Assembly (NCBI GenBank): GCA_040905465.1
Contig: JBBDRK010000049.1
Coordinates: forward strand, 160,001 to 224,000
Reading direction: 5' to 3'
From: Trueperaceae bacterium
GTDB lineage: Bacteria; Deinococcota; Deinococci; Deinococcales; Trueperaceae
Length of the DNA stretch: 64,000 bases
Notes under the pieces: generated by a model
The model's database searches: none
What the model was told of the DNA's origin: nothing
The model's input: the letters and a program-made list of their open reading frames with translations, nothing else
In this document: in pieces, positions 1-11,900 of the stretch
How positions within the stretch are numbered: the stretch's first letter is position 1
How the letters are laid out: the number at the start of each line of letters is the position of its first letter
Position numbers and translations under genes: made by a program

Positions 1-294
1 GAGCTCACCGCCTCGCAGATGAGGGATGAGTTGCTGGCGCTGTGGCAGGAGCAGTGCCCGACAGTCGTGTTCGTGACCCACAATCCGTTGGAGGCCGTCT
101 ACCTGGCCGACCGCGTGCTGATAATGAGTCCACGACCCGGGCGCATCATCCGAGAGCTGCGGGTGAGCCAGGAGCTTCCGCGTCCGCGGAGTGCCGAGGA
201 TGACCGGCTATGGAAACTCTCTCGGCAGTGTGTGCGGATCCTCCGGGGAGAGACGAGCGGGCACCCCGAAGCTGAGTACGAGGTAGGCGGCTGA
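1..294 (+). CDS. ABC transporter ATP-binding protein, NitT/TauT-type (3' fragment, starts before the window)
   Basis: Translation has the H-switch region VVFVTHNPLEAVYLADRVLIMSPRPGRI and a LPRPR tail typical of NitT/TauT ATPases; stop at 294. Confidence 0.85.
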   Translation, partial: ELTASQMRDELLALWQEQCPTVVFVTHNPLEAVYLADRVLIMSPRPGRIIRELRVSQELPRPRSAEDDRLWKLSRQCVRILRGETSGHPEAEYEVGG

Positions 295-402
295 GCGCGC
301 CGTCCGGTAGCCGGTACAACCCCGGGAGCACGCACGGTGACGGCACAAGAGCCTTCGGCTCGCGAGCCTAAGCGGTCGGCGATACTTTCTATACCTGAGG
401 AC

Positions 403-414
403 CGGTGCTACCAT
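403..414 (+). promoter_or_regulatory. Putative extended -10 element upstream of module 1
   Basis: CGGTGCTACCAT (TG-n-TACCAT) about 35 nt upstream of the ATG; near-identical CGGTGCTACGAT upstream of the paralog at 13440-13451. Confidence 0.5.
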
Positions 415-448
415 CTCCCCAAAATGAATCGACGAGAGGGGGAGACGC

Positions 449-1417
449 ATGCGAAGGTTCTACGTCCTTTTGTTCGTAGCAGTCGGCATGGGTATGTTGC
501 TGGCCGCCGCGCAGGAGACCGACACCCCGAGCATCGAGGCGGCCGAACACGACCAGCTCGGCAAGTATCTTACCGATTCCGAGGGGCGCGCTCTATATCT
601 GTTCCGGAACGACGAAAGAGGCGGGCCGAGCACCTGTTACGACGGTTGTGCCGAGAACTGGCCGCCGGTCGTGTTCGAGGGTTCTTTGAGGGCGGGCGAG
701 GGCGTCGCCGAATCGCTACTGGGCACCGTGGAGCGTGACGACGGTTCGTTGCAGGCTACGTATTACGGCTGGCCGCTCTACTACTTCGCTCGAGACGAAG
801 CTCCTGGCGATACCAACGGCCAGGGAGCAGGCGACGTATGGTTCCTCGTTTCCCCCTACGGTGAGGCGGTAGAGCCGCGCGACGAGGCGACAGCCGCCGG
901 TGACGAGGGTGGCAAGCCAGCCGCGGCGGAAGGCGTCGACACCGAGGACGTCACCCAGGACGAAGGCGCGGAGCGCGACGAGGCTGCAGCCGAGCCGGAC
1001 GACGAGGGCGGCAAGCCCGCCGCGGCCAAGGGCGTCGACACCGAGGACGTCACCCAGGACGAAGCGGGCGAGAAGGCGGAGCCCACGGAAGAGGAGGGCG
1101 ACGGGGCAGATGGGGCCGAGACAGAGGAGATACCGAGCGACGTGATGGCCCAGGGTCAAAGCGTCTATCGCGCTAATTGCGCCACCTGCCATGGAGCGGA
1201 AGGTGGCGGCGGCTCGGGGCCCGCCCTGGCGGGCAATTCGCGCCTGGGGAACGAAAGTCGCGTGCTCAACCAGATTCTGAATGGTGGTTCGTTCATGCCG
1301 CCGTTCGGTGGTCAACTCTCCGATGAGGAGGTTGCGGCCGTCGCCACTCACATCCGAAATTCGTGGGGCAACGACTTCGGCCTCACGACTGCCGAGGAGG
1401 TGAGCGAGGCGCGCTAG
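449..1417 (+). CDS. Secreted COG4315 (Lipoprotein_15 / Y-X4-D repeat) domain fused to a class I cytochrome c
   Basis: Signal peptide; LTDSEGRALYLF..CYDGCAENWPP..QATYYGWPLYYFARD..GQG motif; acidic linker; C-terminal CATCH heme site and distal Met (FMPPF). Confidence 0.85.
   Translation: MRRFYVLLFVAVGMGMLLAAAQETDTPSIEAAEHDQLGKYLTDSEGRALYLFRNDERGGPSTCYDGCAENWPPVVFEGSLRAGEGVAESLLGTVERDDGSLQATYYGWPLYYFARDEAPGDTNGQGAGDVWFLVSPYGEAVEPRDEATAAGDEGGKPAAAEGVDTEDVTQDEGAERDEAAAEPDDEGGKPAAAKGVDTEDVTQDEAGEKAEPTEEEGDGADGAETEEIPSDVMAQGQSVYRANCATCHGAEGGGGSGPALAGNSRLGNESRVLNQILNGGSFMPPFGGQLSDEEVAAVATHIRNSWGNDFGLTTAEEVSEAR
902..1064 (+). repeat. Imperfect in-frame duplication (99-nt period) in the acidic linker
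   Basis: GACGAGGGYGGCAAGCC...GGCGTCGACACCGAGGACGTCACCCAGGACGAA starts at 902 and 1001, encoding DEGGKPAAA(E/K)GVDTEDVTQDE twice. Confidence 0.9.
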
Positions 1418-1497
1418 GCAGACCAGTGCGTGAATACATCCTCGCAGTGTGACGAATAACCGTACCGATTTCCCTCTCGACGAAAGGAGCAACGAAC

Positions 1498-3192
1498 ATG
1501 GTTCGAACTACTTCGAAAATCAGCCTACGAGGCCTTTTGGCGGCGCTCGTGTGTCTGGCGCTGGCGGCACCGCTGGCCCTGGCGCAGACGGCGGATGAGC
1601 TGCTTGACCCGGATCCGGCCGACTGGCCCACCTACGGCCGCACACTCGACATGGCTCGCTTCAGTCCGCTCGACGAGATCAATCGCGACAACGTAGACAA
1701 CCTGAGGTTGGCCTGGAGCCGTGGGCTTCAGTTCGTAATCGACGCGCAGTTCTCTCCCGTCGTCTACGACGGCGTCATGTATATAAACGCTCCGGATCAG
1801 GTTCAGGCGCTCGACGCGGCCACCGGAGAACTGCTGTGGGATTACGAAGCCGAGCTTCACGAGAACACCCACTTCCTCACCAGCAGCCGCAGCCGCGGCA
1901 GCGTCGTCGTCTTCGACGGAATGGTCTTTCATGCCTTGGGTGACGGTCGGCTCGTCGCGCTCGACGCGCAGAGCGGCGAGGAGTTGTGGAGCACGCCGGT
2001 CGGCCAGATCGAGGTCGGCGAGGGCTTCTCCTCCGGCCCGATATTCGCGGACGGCAAGATCATAGTCGGGCCCTCCGGCGCCGACGCGGGAGGTGCTCCC
2101 GGGCGCGTGCTGGCGCTGGACTCGGAGAACGGCGAGATTCTCTGGACGTTCAACACCGTGCCGCGTCCGGGCGAGCCAGGCTTCGAAACGTGGGACCCGC
2201 CGTCCGCGGCGGAATGGGGCGGCGGCTCCTCCTGGGTCCCCGGCGTCTACGATCCGGAAACTCGGACGGTCATCTACGGAGTCGGGCAGCCGATCCCGTG
2301 GTGGGCCGGCGAGCAGCGCCAAGGCGACAACCTCTACACCTCCAGCTACGTCGCCATGGACGTCGACACCGGTGAGCTCAAGTGGTACCACCAGGTCATA
2401 CCTCAGGACGAGTGGGACTACGACCTCATCAATACGCCGATCATCGCCGACCTGGAGATAGACGGCGAGACCAGGCGTTCAGCCATCATCGCTACCGTCA
2501 CCGGTTTCGTCATCGTTCTCGACGCCGACACCGGCGAGTTCCTGGCCCATCACCAGATGCATCCGGACAACACGGTGCACCTCGGGTACGAGGACGACGG
2601 CACGCCGATCATCGATGACGACATGCGCTGGGCCGCGGACGAGGCGGGCGAATCCCGGACGGTCTGCCCGCTGCGCTGGGTGGACTTCGAGCCGGCGGCG
2701 TTCAACGCCGACACCGGGGTCTACTTCCGCCCGAATACCCACGAGTGCTATGAGATGACCAACGCTCCTCAGCCGGACGACTGGGTCCCCGGCGAGGATC
2801 CGAACAACGCCCAACTCGAGGTCCTGCCCGACTCGTTCGACCGCCTGGGCGGCCTCACGGCGATGGACCCCGTCTCCGGCGACGTGCTGTGGGAGTGGAC
2901 CTTCGGTTACTCTCAGCGTAGCGGCGTCGTCGCTACTGCCGGCGACCTGGTCTTCATGGGCTCGCCCGATCGCGGTTTCCGTGCGTTCGATGCCGAAACG
3001 GGCGACGTACTCTGGCAACAGCGGTTGACCGCCTACATCCAGGCAAACCCGATCACCTACTCGGTAGATGGCAAGCAGTACGTGGCCATTCCGGTAGGCG
3101 GGGAGGGCCCGCTGGTCATTGCGCGCCAGAGCGACCAGCCGCCGATCGTTACCTCCGACGTGTCGATCTTCGTGTTCGCGCTGCCCGACTAG
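1498..3192 (+). CDS. PQQ-dependent dehydrogenase (alcohol/polyol family, divergent, no vicinal Cys pair)
   Basis: Signal peptide; DWPTYGR..RFSPLDEINRDNV; repeated ALDA.TGE.LW propeller motifs; PQDEWDYD; C-terminal PITYSVDGKQYVAI; AAGGAG RBS. Confidence 0.9.
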   Translation: MVRTTSKISLRGLLAALVCLALAAPLALAQTADELLDPDPADWPTYGRTLDMARFSPLDEINRDNVDNLRLAWSRGLQFVIDAQFSPVVYDGVMYINAPDQVQALDAATGELLWDYEAELHENTHFLTSSRSRGSVVVFDGMVFHALGDGRLVALDAQSGEELWSTPVGQIEVGEGFSSGPIFADGKIIVGPSGADAGGAPGRVLALDSENGEILWTFNTVPRPGEPGFETWDPPSAAEWGGGSSWVPGVYDPETRTVIYGVGQPIPWWAGEQRQGDNLYTSSYVAMDVDTGELKWYHQVIPQDEWDYDLINTPIIADLEIDGETRRSAIIATVTGFVIVLDADTGEFLAHHQMHPDNTVHLGYEDDGTPIIDDDMRWAADEAGESRTVCPLRWVDFEPAAFNADTGVYFRPNTHECYEMTNAPQPDDWVPGEDPNNAQLEVLPDSFDRLGGLTAMDPVSGDVLWEWTFGYSQRSGVVATAGDLVFMGSPDRGFRAFDAETGDVLWQQRLTAYIQANPITYSVDGKQYVAIPVGGEGPLVIARQSDQPPIVTSDVSIFVFALPD

Positions 3193-3239
3193 GAGGTCGC
3201 TCGGAGGGACATCCGGGCAATCTTCCTGACAGAAACTGG

Positions 3240-3273
3240 AGAGGTGGGATGTCGGTGGCATCCCACCTCTTCT
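3240..3273 (+). terminator. Stem-loop after PQQ dehydrogenase 1
   Basis: AGAGGTGGGATG (3240-3251) pairs with CATCCCACCTCT (3259-3270); weak pyrimidine tail. Confidence 0.7.
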
Positions 3274-3323
3274 CGCATACTTGGGCCCCCTGCGCTCGAT
3301 CGTAGGAATGGCGGTGCCAGCAA

Positions 3324-5387
3324 ATGAACTCCCTGCGCCGAAGAGGCGGACCTATCGAGATCCCGACACTGCTCGTGGCTCTTCTGTCGGTACTGCTCAT
3401 GAATCCTCACGCTCATGGGCAGAACGGCTGGGAGATGCGTGTCTGCGCCGATCCCGCCGCCTACCCCTTCTCCAGTCGCGAAAGTGCCGGGATCGACAAC
3501 CGGATTGCCCAGATCCTGGCGGACGAACTGTCGGCGGAGCTGAGCTACGTGTGGACGCCGATCAACCTTGGCGCGGTGAGGCAACACCTGCATCCTGGCG
3601 ACTGCGATCTGCTCATGGGAGTGGCCGAAGGCGCCGAGGGCGTGCTGAACACGATTCCCTACTACCAGGCTCCCTTCGTGTTCGTTTACCGGCAAGATTC
3701 CGGCCTCGAGCTGCGGTCGCTGGAAGACGAAAACCTGCGGGAGCTGCGGATAGCTGTGAACCCCAACGGCCTGGCTCAGTTCGCGCTTAGCGAGTTGGGC
3801 CTGGGGGGAAGCGCGGTTACCGTGCGCCCAAACCGCGCCGTACGTGGCGCCGAGCGGATAACGCCTCTCATCGATCGTGTACTGGAGGGGGAGGTAGACG
3901 CGGCGATCGTCTACGGTCCGGAAGCCGCCCCCTTCGTCCGGGAGCACCCGGCCGAGCTGCAGATCGAGCCGGTGACGCCACAGATCGTGCCACCCCTGAT
4001 CCAGATGTTCCGGATCGTGACCATGGGAGTGCGCCCCGGTGACGAGGCGTTCCGGGACCGTCTCAACATCGCACTCGGAAAGCGCTGGGAGGAGATCCAG
4101 GCGGTCTTCGAGGAGTTCGGCGTGCCCCTGACCCAGTTGCCGGCGCCGTTCGTGGCGGAACAGGTTCAGGAAAACCTGATCCGGATCGGGGCCGTCCTGC
4201 CTGTCACGGCGGGCCAGCCGGGGATCAGCGACCCGCTCGGAAACGCTGCCCGATTGGGTGCTCTGATTGCGGAAGACACGATAGCGAGAGGAGCGGCGGC
4301 GAGCGAAGCCGGCGCAGCCAACAGCGCTCCCAAGGTACTGATCGCCAGCAGCCCCAGTGCCGCGGCGGCCGAGAGAGCGGCCGAGCGGATGATAGCAACC
4401 GAGGACGTCGTCGCTATTATCGGTGGATTGGGAAGCGAGCAGGCCTTCGCTTTGAACGGGGTGGCTGCCGAGCGCGACGTGCTGTTCTTCAACCTAGGCG
4501 CCATCGACGCCGAGTTGCGCGGGGCGGAGTGCAGCCGCAACACCTTCCACATCGAGGCGAGCGCGGCCATGTATCTCGACGCGCTGGCCGAGTGGTTCAG
4601 CCAGGCCGGTCATGCTCGCTGGTTGGTCGTATACGAAGGATCGGAGGAGGGCCGCGAGCTCCTGGAGCAAGCTCTACTGGCGGTGGACGGAGTCGACTCC
4701 GAGGTGGTGGGCGAGATCGAGCTGCCGCCGGGACCCGCCGCCTACCAGGAAGGTTTCAGCGCTATCGAGGAGGAGCAAGCCGACCTCGTGTTGCTGTTGC
4801 TGGCTCCGCGCGATCAGGAACTCTTCCTCTCCCAGTACGGTGTCCAGGGGCCGGACGTCACCGTGACCGGCATGCCGTTCCCGGTGATGCAGACCCGCGA
4901 TTACCTCGGGCGACTCCAGCAGTCCGCACCGCCTGGCGCACGTTTCCGGGCAGCACTATGGGATACCACGCTGGCGGACCACGGAGCGGAGGAGCTGAAC
5001 GAGCGCTTCGTCTCTCGCTCGGGAGAGCCGATGGATCCCTCCGGTTGGGCAGCTTACGCCGCGATCCGGATCATCCACCATGCCGCGAACGAGGCGTCGG
5101 GAACGGAGACCGGGCAACTGGTCGACTACCTGGAGAGCCCCGCTGCCGAGTTCAACCTGCACAAGGGACCTGGGACTACCTTTCGTCCACACAACCACCA
5201 ACTGCGGCAACCGCTGTATATGATCGAGTTGGACCCGGATGCGCCGTGGGGACGCGAAGTGTCGAGCCGAATTGCGTTGGCGGATCTCGCCGGGCAGCTT
5301 CCGCGAGAGCCCGACGGCGATGCTTACCTCGAGCGGCTCGACCGGCTGGGCGAAAGCGGGGAGCAGGATTCCTGCGACTTCCAATAG
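3324..5387 (+). CDS. MoxJ/XoxJ-type quinoprotein-associated binding domain fused to a LivK-fold ABC substrate-binding domain
   Basis: N-half MRVCADPAAYPFS..GIDNRIAQILA..CDLLMGV..PYY..MGVRPGD (MoxJ family); C-half IRIGAVLP, CSRNTFHI, FRPHNHQLRQP (type I binding protein). Confidence 0.85.
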   Translation: MNSLRRRGGPIEIPTLLVALLSVLLMNPHAHGQNGWEMRVCADPAAYPFSSRESAGIDNRIAQILADELSAELSYVWTPINLGAVRQHLHPGDCDLLMGVAEGAEGVLNTIPYYQAPFVFVYRQDSGLELRSLEDENLRELRIAVNPNGLAQFALSELGLGGSAVTVRPNRAVRGAERITPLIDRVLEGEVDAAIVYGPEAAPFVREHPAELQIEPVTPQIVPPLIQMFRIVTMGVRPGDEAFRDRLNIALGKRWEEIQAVFEEFGVPLTQLPAPFVAEQVQENLIRIGAVLPVTAGQPGISDPLGNAARLGALIAEDTIARGAAASEAGAANSAPKVLIASSPSAAAAERAAERMIATEDVVAIIGGLGSEQAFALNGVAAERDVLFFNLGAIDAELRGAECSRNTFHIEASAAMYLDALAEWFSQAGHARWLVVYEGSEEGRELLEQALLAVDGVDSEVVGEIELPPGPAAYQEGFSAIEEEQADLVLLLLAPRDQELFLSQYGVQGPDVTVTGMPFPVMQTRDYLGRLQQSAPPGARFRAALWDTTLADHGAEELNERFVSRSGEPMDPSGWAAYAAIRIIHHAANEASGTETGQLVDYLESPAAEFNLHKGPGTTFRPHNHQLRQPLYMIELDPDAPWGREVSSRIALADLAGQLPREPDGDAYLERLDRLGESGEQDSCDFQ

Positions 5388-5436
5388 GGTCCGGCCCCCG
5401 CAGCACCCGGTTCAGGAACAGGATGATTGACCCAGG

Positions 5437-6972
5437 ATGATCGAAATGGTCGACAGGCTGCGCCGGAGCCGCACCCGTTTTCGTCGTCGGTTACTGCTGG
5501 CCGGCGCGATCAGGAGCGTGACGGCTGCCTTGGCGCTGTTCGTCGTCCTCGAGGGTTCCCGGCGGCTCGCCCGCGCCTTGGGCACCGCGCCGGAGGTAGA
5601 AACCGGCCACCTCCTGTGGCTGGCGCTCGCCGCCCTGCTGGCCTTCCTCACCGTCGCTGCCGTCCAGGCGTGGCGGAATGTACCCACGCTGCTCGGCATT
5701 GCCCAACTCGCCGACGCGCGCTACGACCTGCTCGAACGCGTGACCACGGCGTTTGAAACGCTCCAACGCGGGGCCGAAACCCCGGTTCAGAAGGCGTTGC
5801 TCGACGACGCCGCTGCGCGCTCGCGGCAGATCGACCCGGCAGAGCTCGTACCGAACTCACTTCCCTGGCCAATCTGGCCTTCGGTGGCGCTGACGGGCGT
5901 CGCCATGGTCCTGATCCTCCTCCCACAGCCCGCCGCACTCGCCCCCGACAGCCGCACGGCATCGACAGCGAATATGGAGGGCTCGACGCCGGAGGGAAGG
6001 ATCGAAGAAACCGGCGCCAAGGTGAGGCGCGTGGCGGAACTGGTTGGCCGAGACGCCGAGGCAAGCCGCGACCCCTACCTGCAGGCCGTTGCCAGGTCGT
6101 TCGATGACCTCGGCAGGCGAATAGAGGCAGGCGAGTTGGGACAAGCCGAAATCGACAATGAGGTCGGCCGCCTGTTACAGCACCTCGAGCGGGCACTGGG
6201 CGGAGACGACGCCGCTGCCTCGGCCGGACTGCTCGGCTACGGAGCTGAAAACCGCGGCGATGCGGGCCCCGGCGGCTCCCGAACCGACGCGGACGTTGCG
6301 CCGGAAGGGGCCGCCACAACGGACACCGAGCCGGCAGTCGATGAGGCCACCGGCCGGCAGGATCGGTCGAATGGTGAGGTCTCCAGCAGCACGGCCGGCG
6401 AGCAGGACACTGCTACCGGCCTCGACGAGCTACTGAACCGCCTCCAGGCGCGTCTGGAGGCCCGCGAGCCGGAGGACCGGCCGCCGCAGCCCCGGACTCA
6501 GTCGGCGGAAAACGATTCGGCCGGCGGCTTCTATACCGACATCGATCCAGACCTGGTTGCCGAGATCGAGGAGCGGCAGAACCGACTTACGCGGCAACGG
6601 GCCGAGAATCGAGCCGGTGGAGAACCGGTAGGGGCGGCAGAAGAGTCGAACGAAGGGCCGGGGGATCTGGCCGGGGAGGGAGCCCAACCTCTCGGTATTG
6701 GGGCGAACGGCGTGCCCGAGTCCGATAGTGAGCGGTTCGACCCTCTGCAACTGCCCGGGGGCCGGCAGGCCGATGGCCGCCGCATCCGGATAGAGATTCC
6801 ACCGGACGCCGAGTTCACGGAGGTGGACGCCCTAGCCGAACCGATGAGTGGTGGCTGGCGACGTAGCCGCGGGGGAACTTCCGCCGGAACGCTTCTCGGT
6901 ATGATGGACCGTGACGTCGTAAGCCGTTACTTCATGCCACAGGAAGAGAATCGAGACGGCGCTCGCCGCTAG
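5437..6972 (+). CDS. Membrane-anchored hypothetical protein of the MoxR cluster
   Basis: Three hydrophobic segments and a LLERVTTAFE motif, then a long acidic/coiled region ending VVSRYF, as in proteins that precede MoxR-DUF58-vWA sets. Confidence 0.65.
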   Translation: MIEMVDRLRRSRTRFRRRLLLAGAIRSVTAALALFVVLEGSRRLARALGTAPEVETGHLLWLALAALLAFLTVAAVQAWRNVPTLLGIAQLADARYDLLERVTTAFETLQRGAETPVQKALLDDAAARSRQIDPAELVPNSLPWPIWPSVALTGVAMVLILLPQPAALAPDSRTASTANMEGSTPEGRIEETGAKVRRVAELVGRDAEASRDPYLQAVARSFDDLGRRIEAGELGQAEIDNEVGRLLQHLERALGGDDAAASAGLLGYGAENRGDAGPGGSRTDADVAPEGAATTDTEPAVDEATGRQDRSNGEVSSSTAGEQDTATGLDELLNRLQARLEAREPEDRPPQPRTQSAENDSAGGFYTDIDPDLVAEIEERQNRLTRQRAENRAGGEPVGAAEESNEGPGDLAGEGAQPLGIGANGVPESDSERFDPLQLPGGRQADGRRIRIEIPPDAEFTEVDALAEPMSGGWRRSRGGTSAGTLLGMMDRDVVSRYFMPQEENRDGARR

Positions 6973-6992
6973 GCCGGGCGCTCGTTTACGGG

Positions 6993-8044
<1,052 letters not shown>

Positions 8045-8048
<4 letters not shown>

Positions 8049-8923
8049 GCCTCCTTCCGCCGAGAGTGCTGCAGAAGCTCGCTCGCTCGCGCCTCCAGCC
8101 GATATGGGCGACCCCGCGGGCCGGCGTGGGCGAAAGACGCTCGAGGGCCAAGGGTTCCGGAATCGAGTTTGCGGACCACCGTGAATACCAGCCGGGGGAC
8201 GACATCAGGCACCTCGATCGCCACGCCTACTCGCGACTGGGACGGCACGTCATCAAGCAGTATTCGCTCTATCAGCAGCTTCAGGTAACCGTTTTGATCG
8301 ACAGCAGCGCCTCGATGGGGTTCGGGACACCGGCGAAACTCCGGCGGGCAGCCGAGCTCGCGGGCATCGTCGCGTACGCGGGACTGAGCGGCGGCGACCG
8401 AGTGCTGGTGGGGGCTTTCTCCGGCGGCAGCGTCAAGTGGCATCGACACCTGGAAGGTACCCGCCGAGCAGCTGCGCTCTTCCGTTGGCTGGAGCAGCTG
8501 CGACCGGAGGGCTCGTCGCGCGTCGCCGAGTCGGCTCGGGCCAGCGCCCGTCGCCTCGGCAGCTCCGGCCTGCTGGTGGTGATCAGCGACTGGCTGGACG
8601 ACGGATTGGCGGCGGCTCTCTCGGCGTGGCGGCGAGCCGGCCAGGAGCTGGTAGGGGTGAGGCTGCTGGCGCCTGAGGAGCTCGAACCCGAGCGCATGGG
8701 CGACGGCCCGGTCCGGCTGTTCGACGTCGAGTCCGGCCAGGAGGTAGAGGCGTCGCTGGACGCCGGCGGCTACGCGAGCTACCGGAAGGCGCTGGCCGAC
8801 TGGGAGCGACGGCTGCGCGACGCGCTCTTCGTGCAGGAGGGGCGGCTGTTCTCGGTTCGCAGCGACGATGATCTGGAACGCACCGTCCTGACCGAGTGGC
8901 GGGTGAAGCAGCTGATTTCATGA
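8045..8923 (+). CDS. DUF58 family (vWA-like) protein
   Basis: GSGIEFADHREYQPGDDIRHLD, DSSASM MIDAS motif, VISD; GTGA overlap with moxR. Confidence 0.9.
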
Positions 8924-11900
8924 GCATCGGCAACCCATGGTGGCTGCTCTTGCTGGGACTCGCCTTGCTGGTGGTCGTGCTTCACGCCCGGCGGCGCCGC
9001 GAGCTTCCGGTGTCGAGCATTCTCCTGTGGCGCCACCTCGCGAGCCATGGCTCGAGCCGGCCCCAGCGTCGGTTTCCGCCTATAACGCCGCCGCTGCTGC
9101 TCCAACTGCTGGCACTGATCCTCCTGATCTCGGCACTGGCGCAACCCTACTTGCGCACGACCGATAGTTCACCGGACCACCTGGTCGTCGTGATCGACGC
9201 CTCGGCCAGCATGCACGCAAGCGACGTATCGCCGTCCCGCCTAGGTGCCGCTCGCGCAGCTGGCCACGACCGACTTGCGGCGCTTCCGACGAGCGCACGC
9301 GGCACGGTGATCGAGGCCGGAGCGAACCCGGTTGCAACGTCAGCCAGGCTTGGTGCCGGAAACGCGGCGGCGCAACTGGAACGCTCCGCCGTGAGCTCTG
9401 GACCTATCGCCGGCGAGCGGGCGGGCGGGGCGGGCGAGGGGGGCGCGGGCCCGGCCGATTGGCACGCCGCGGCGAGGTTGGCGGCCGGCACGATACGACC
9501 TGGGGAGAGGACTCTGGTTCTGCTCCTCAGCGACCCTTCAGGCGTCGACGCAGCCGGTCAGGCGCTGCAGGCGGAAATTCCCGACGTCGAGATCGTGACG
9601 CGCGAGTTCGCCGGCAGCAGGGTCCGGAACGTCGGCTTTGCCGACGTCCGGCCTGAGCCGCTTGACCTCGACGGCGGGCACTGGAGTGTGACCGGAGAGG
9701 TGGTCAGCGCCGGCGCCGCTGGCGAGACGACCGAAATGCGAGTGCTGTTCGAGCCGGAAGGGAGCGAGGGGGCACTCGCCTGGGACACGTTGGAGCTCGA
9801 GCCGGTGGACGGTGAGGCGCTGGAGTTCGAGTTGGAGCTAGAGCTTCCCGGGCCGGGATCACTGGAGCTTCGACTGCCCGACGACGATCTGAACGTCGAC
9901 AATCGGGCTCGGTTCATTCTGCGGGAAGGGCGCGTGAGCGCCCGGGTGCTACACGTGGGCCCCGAGAATCCCGAACTTCAGCGAGCGCTACAGGCGATCG
10001 ACGCCGTAGAGCTGTTCCGCGCCGAGTCGCTGCCGGCCGACAACGCCGAGTACGACCTCGTCATCGTCGACCGGACCGAGGTGGATCGCCGGCCGGATAC
10101 CAACGTCTTGTGGATCGCCGCCTCGCGCCACCGCGCCAGACCCAACGCGATGTTGTCGGAGCCGGACCCGAGCGGCTGGCGAAGCGATCATCCGCTTGCC
10201 GCCTCGATGGACTGGAGCTCGCTCACCGTGTCGGCCGCTCGCGATGTAGGTCTTCTACAGGGAGCAACCGTGCTGCTCGAGGCACGGGGGGCGCCGCTGA
10301 TCCAGGTCCGCACCGTCGACGAGCACACCGAGGTCGTCCTGTCTTTCGCATTGCGGGACAGCAACTGGCCTTCTCAGCTCGGCTTCCCGTTGTTCGTATC
10401 CAACCTGGTTCGAACGGCGCAACCGGCGCTGGGCCGGGCGGTCCTCTCCCTCGACGCCTTCCACCCCAGGGAAAGCATTCTTGCCGGCGGGACCGGCACA
10501 CGCGAGGCGGCCGCGGCTTCCGGTCCGCTTGACTGGCCACTGTGGCGTTGGCCCGTTTGGCGTTGGCTCGTGCTGGCCACGTTCGTCGTCGTTGTCCTCG
10601 AAGCGCTGATCGCGGGCCTGGCAAGCGAACGATACCTCCGGCGACAAGCGCTCGGCGCCGGCAATCCACTGGCCGGCCGCCACCGCACCACAGTTGCCTT
10701 ACAGGCCGGAGCTGCTGCGCTCCTGCTCCTGGCGCTCCTGTCCGTCTCCGTGCCGTTTCCCGGCCGACAGGCGCAAACCGTCCTGATCGTCGAGGATGAG
10801 CGGTTCCTGACCGGCGAGGCAACTGAAGGCCGCGAGGAGACGGGCCGCTCTTCGCTGGACTTCCTGGATGACGACGCGGCGACCGGTGCCGGGATCGTAC
10901 GCCTGGGAGCGCCGAGCACCATAGTCAGGGACGCCGGAAAGAGGGGTAGGCCTACCTCAGCGCCAGCCGGAGTTGCGGGAGCCGATCTCGAATCGGCGAT
11001 CGACCTGGCAGCTGGAATGCTTGCCTCGGGAATGCTTGCTGCTGGAACGACTGCTTCGGAAACGCAGGCCACTGGAACGCAAGCCGCCGGTGCGCGGGGA
11101 GGCGCCGAGCAGGGCAGGATCGTAATAGTCGGCGGAGCTCTGTCGACTGTCGGCGAAGCGTCGAGGAGTGTTCCAGGGCTCGTCGCCAGCGGCATCACCG
11201 TCGACGTCTTACCACCGGGAGGGATTCCAGCGGGCGAGTCGCTGGTCGAGGAGGTCGTTGCCCCCGAGCGACTTCACCCTTCACAGACCTTCCGGCTCGA
11301 GGGAATCGTCTTCAGCGAGAGTGCCCAACAGGCTTCGGTGACCCTGTACCGCGACGGCGAGGTGCTGGTGGAACGGGAAGTACACCTGGAGGCCGGCCGC
11401 AACCGGGTCGAGACGGAGGCCGACGAGGAGGAAGCAGGCACCTACCTGTACGAAGTAGAAGTCGACTCGCAAGGCGACGTCTTCAGCGAAAACAATCGGG
11501 CCGGGCAGATGGTGCGCGTCCTGGCACCGCCGTCGGTCTTGTTGGTGTCGCCCCAGGCCGAGTGGGCGGAACTGTTTGCCGACGCCCTCCTGATTCAGGG
11601 CGTCGAGGCCGAGATCAACGAACCGCTTGCCGCGCCGTGGAATATCGAGGGCTGGCTCGAGCACGACGTGGTGGTCCTGATGAACGTCCCGGCGCTGGAC
11701 CTGCATTCGACCCAGCAGGAGTTGCTGGCGACTTGGGTAACCGAGCACGGCGGCGGCCTGCTGATCCTGGGTGGCGAGAACAGCTTCGGACCCGGCGGTT
11801 ACTATCAGACGCCTCTGGAGGACCTCTCTCCCCTTTCAAGCCAGGTGCCGCGCGAGGCGCCGGCGGTCGCGATGCTCTTCGTGCTCGACCGTTCCGGCAG

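Noticed and set aside
2413-2424. WDYD in dehydrogenase 1 as proof of lanthanide dependence
   Set aside because: WDYD also occurs in PQQ glucose/quinate-type enzymes, and the other ligands are substituted.
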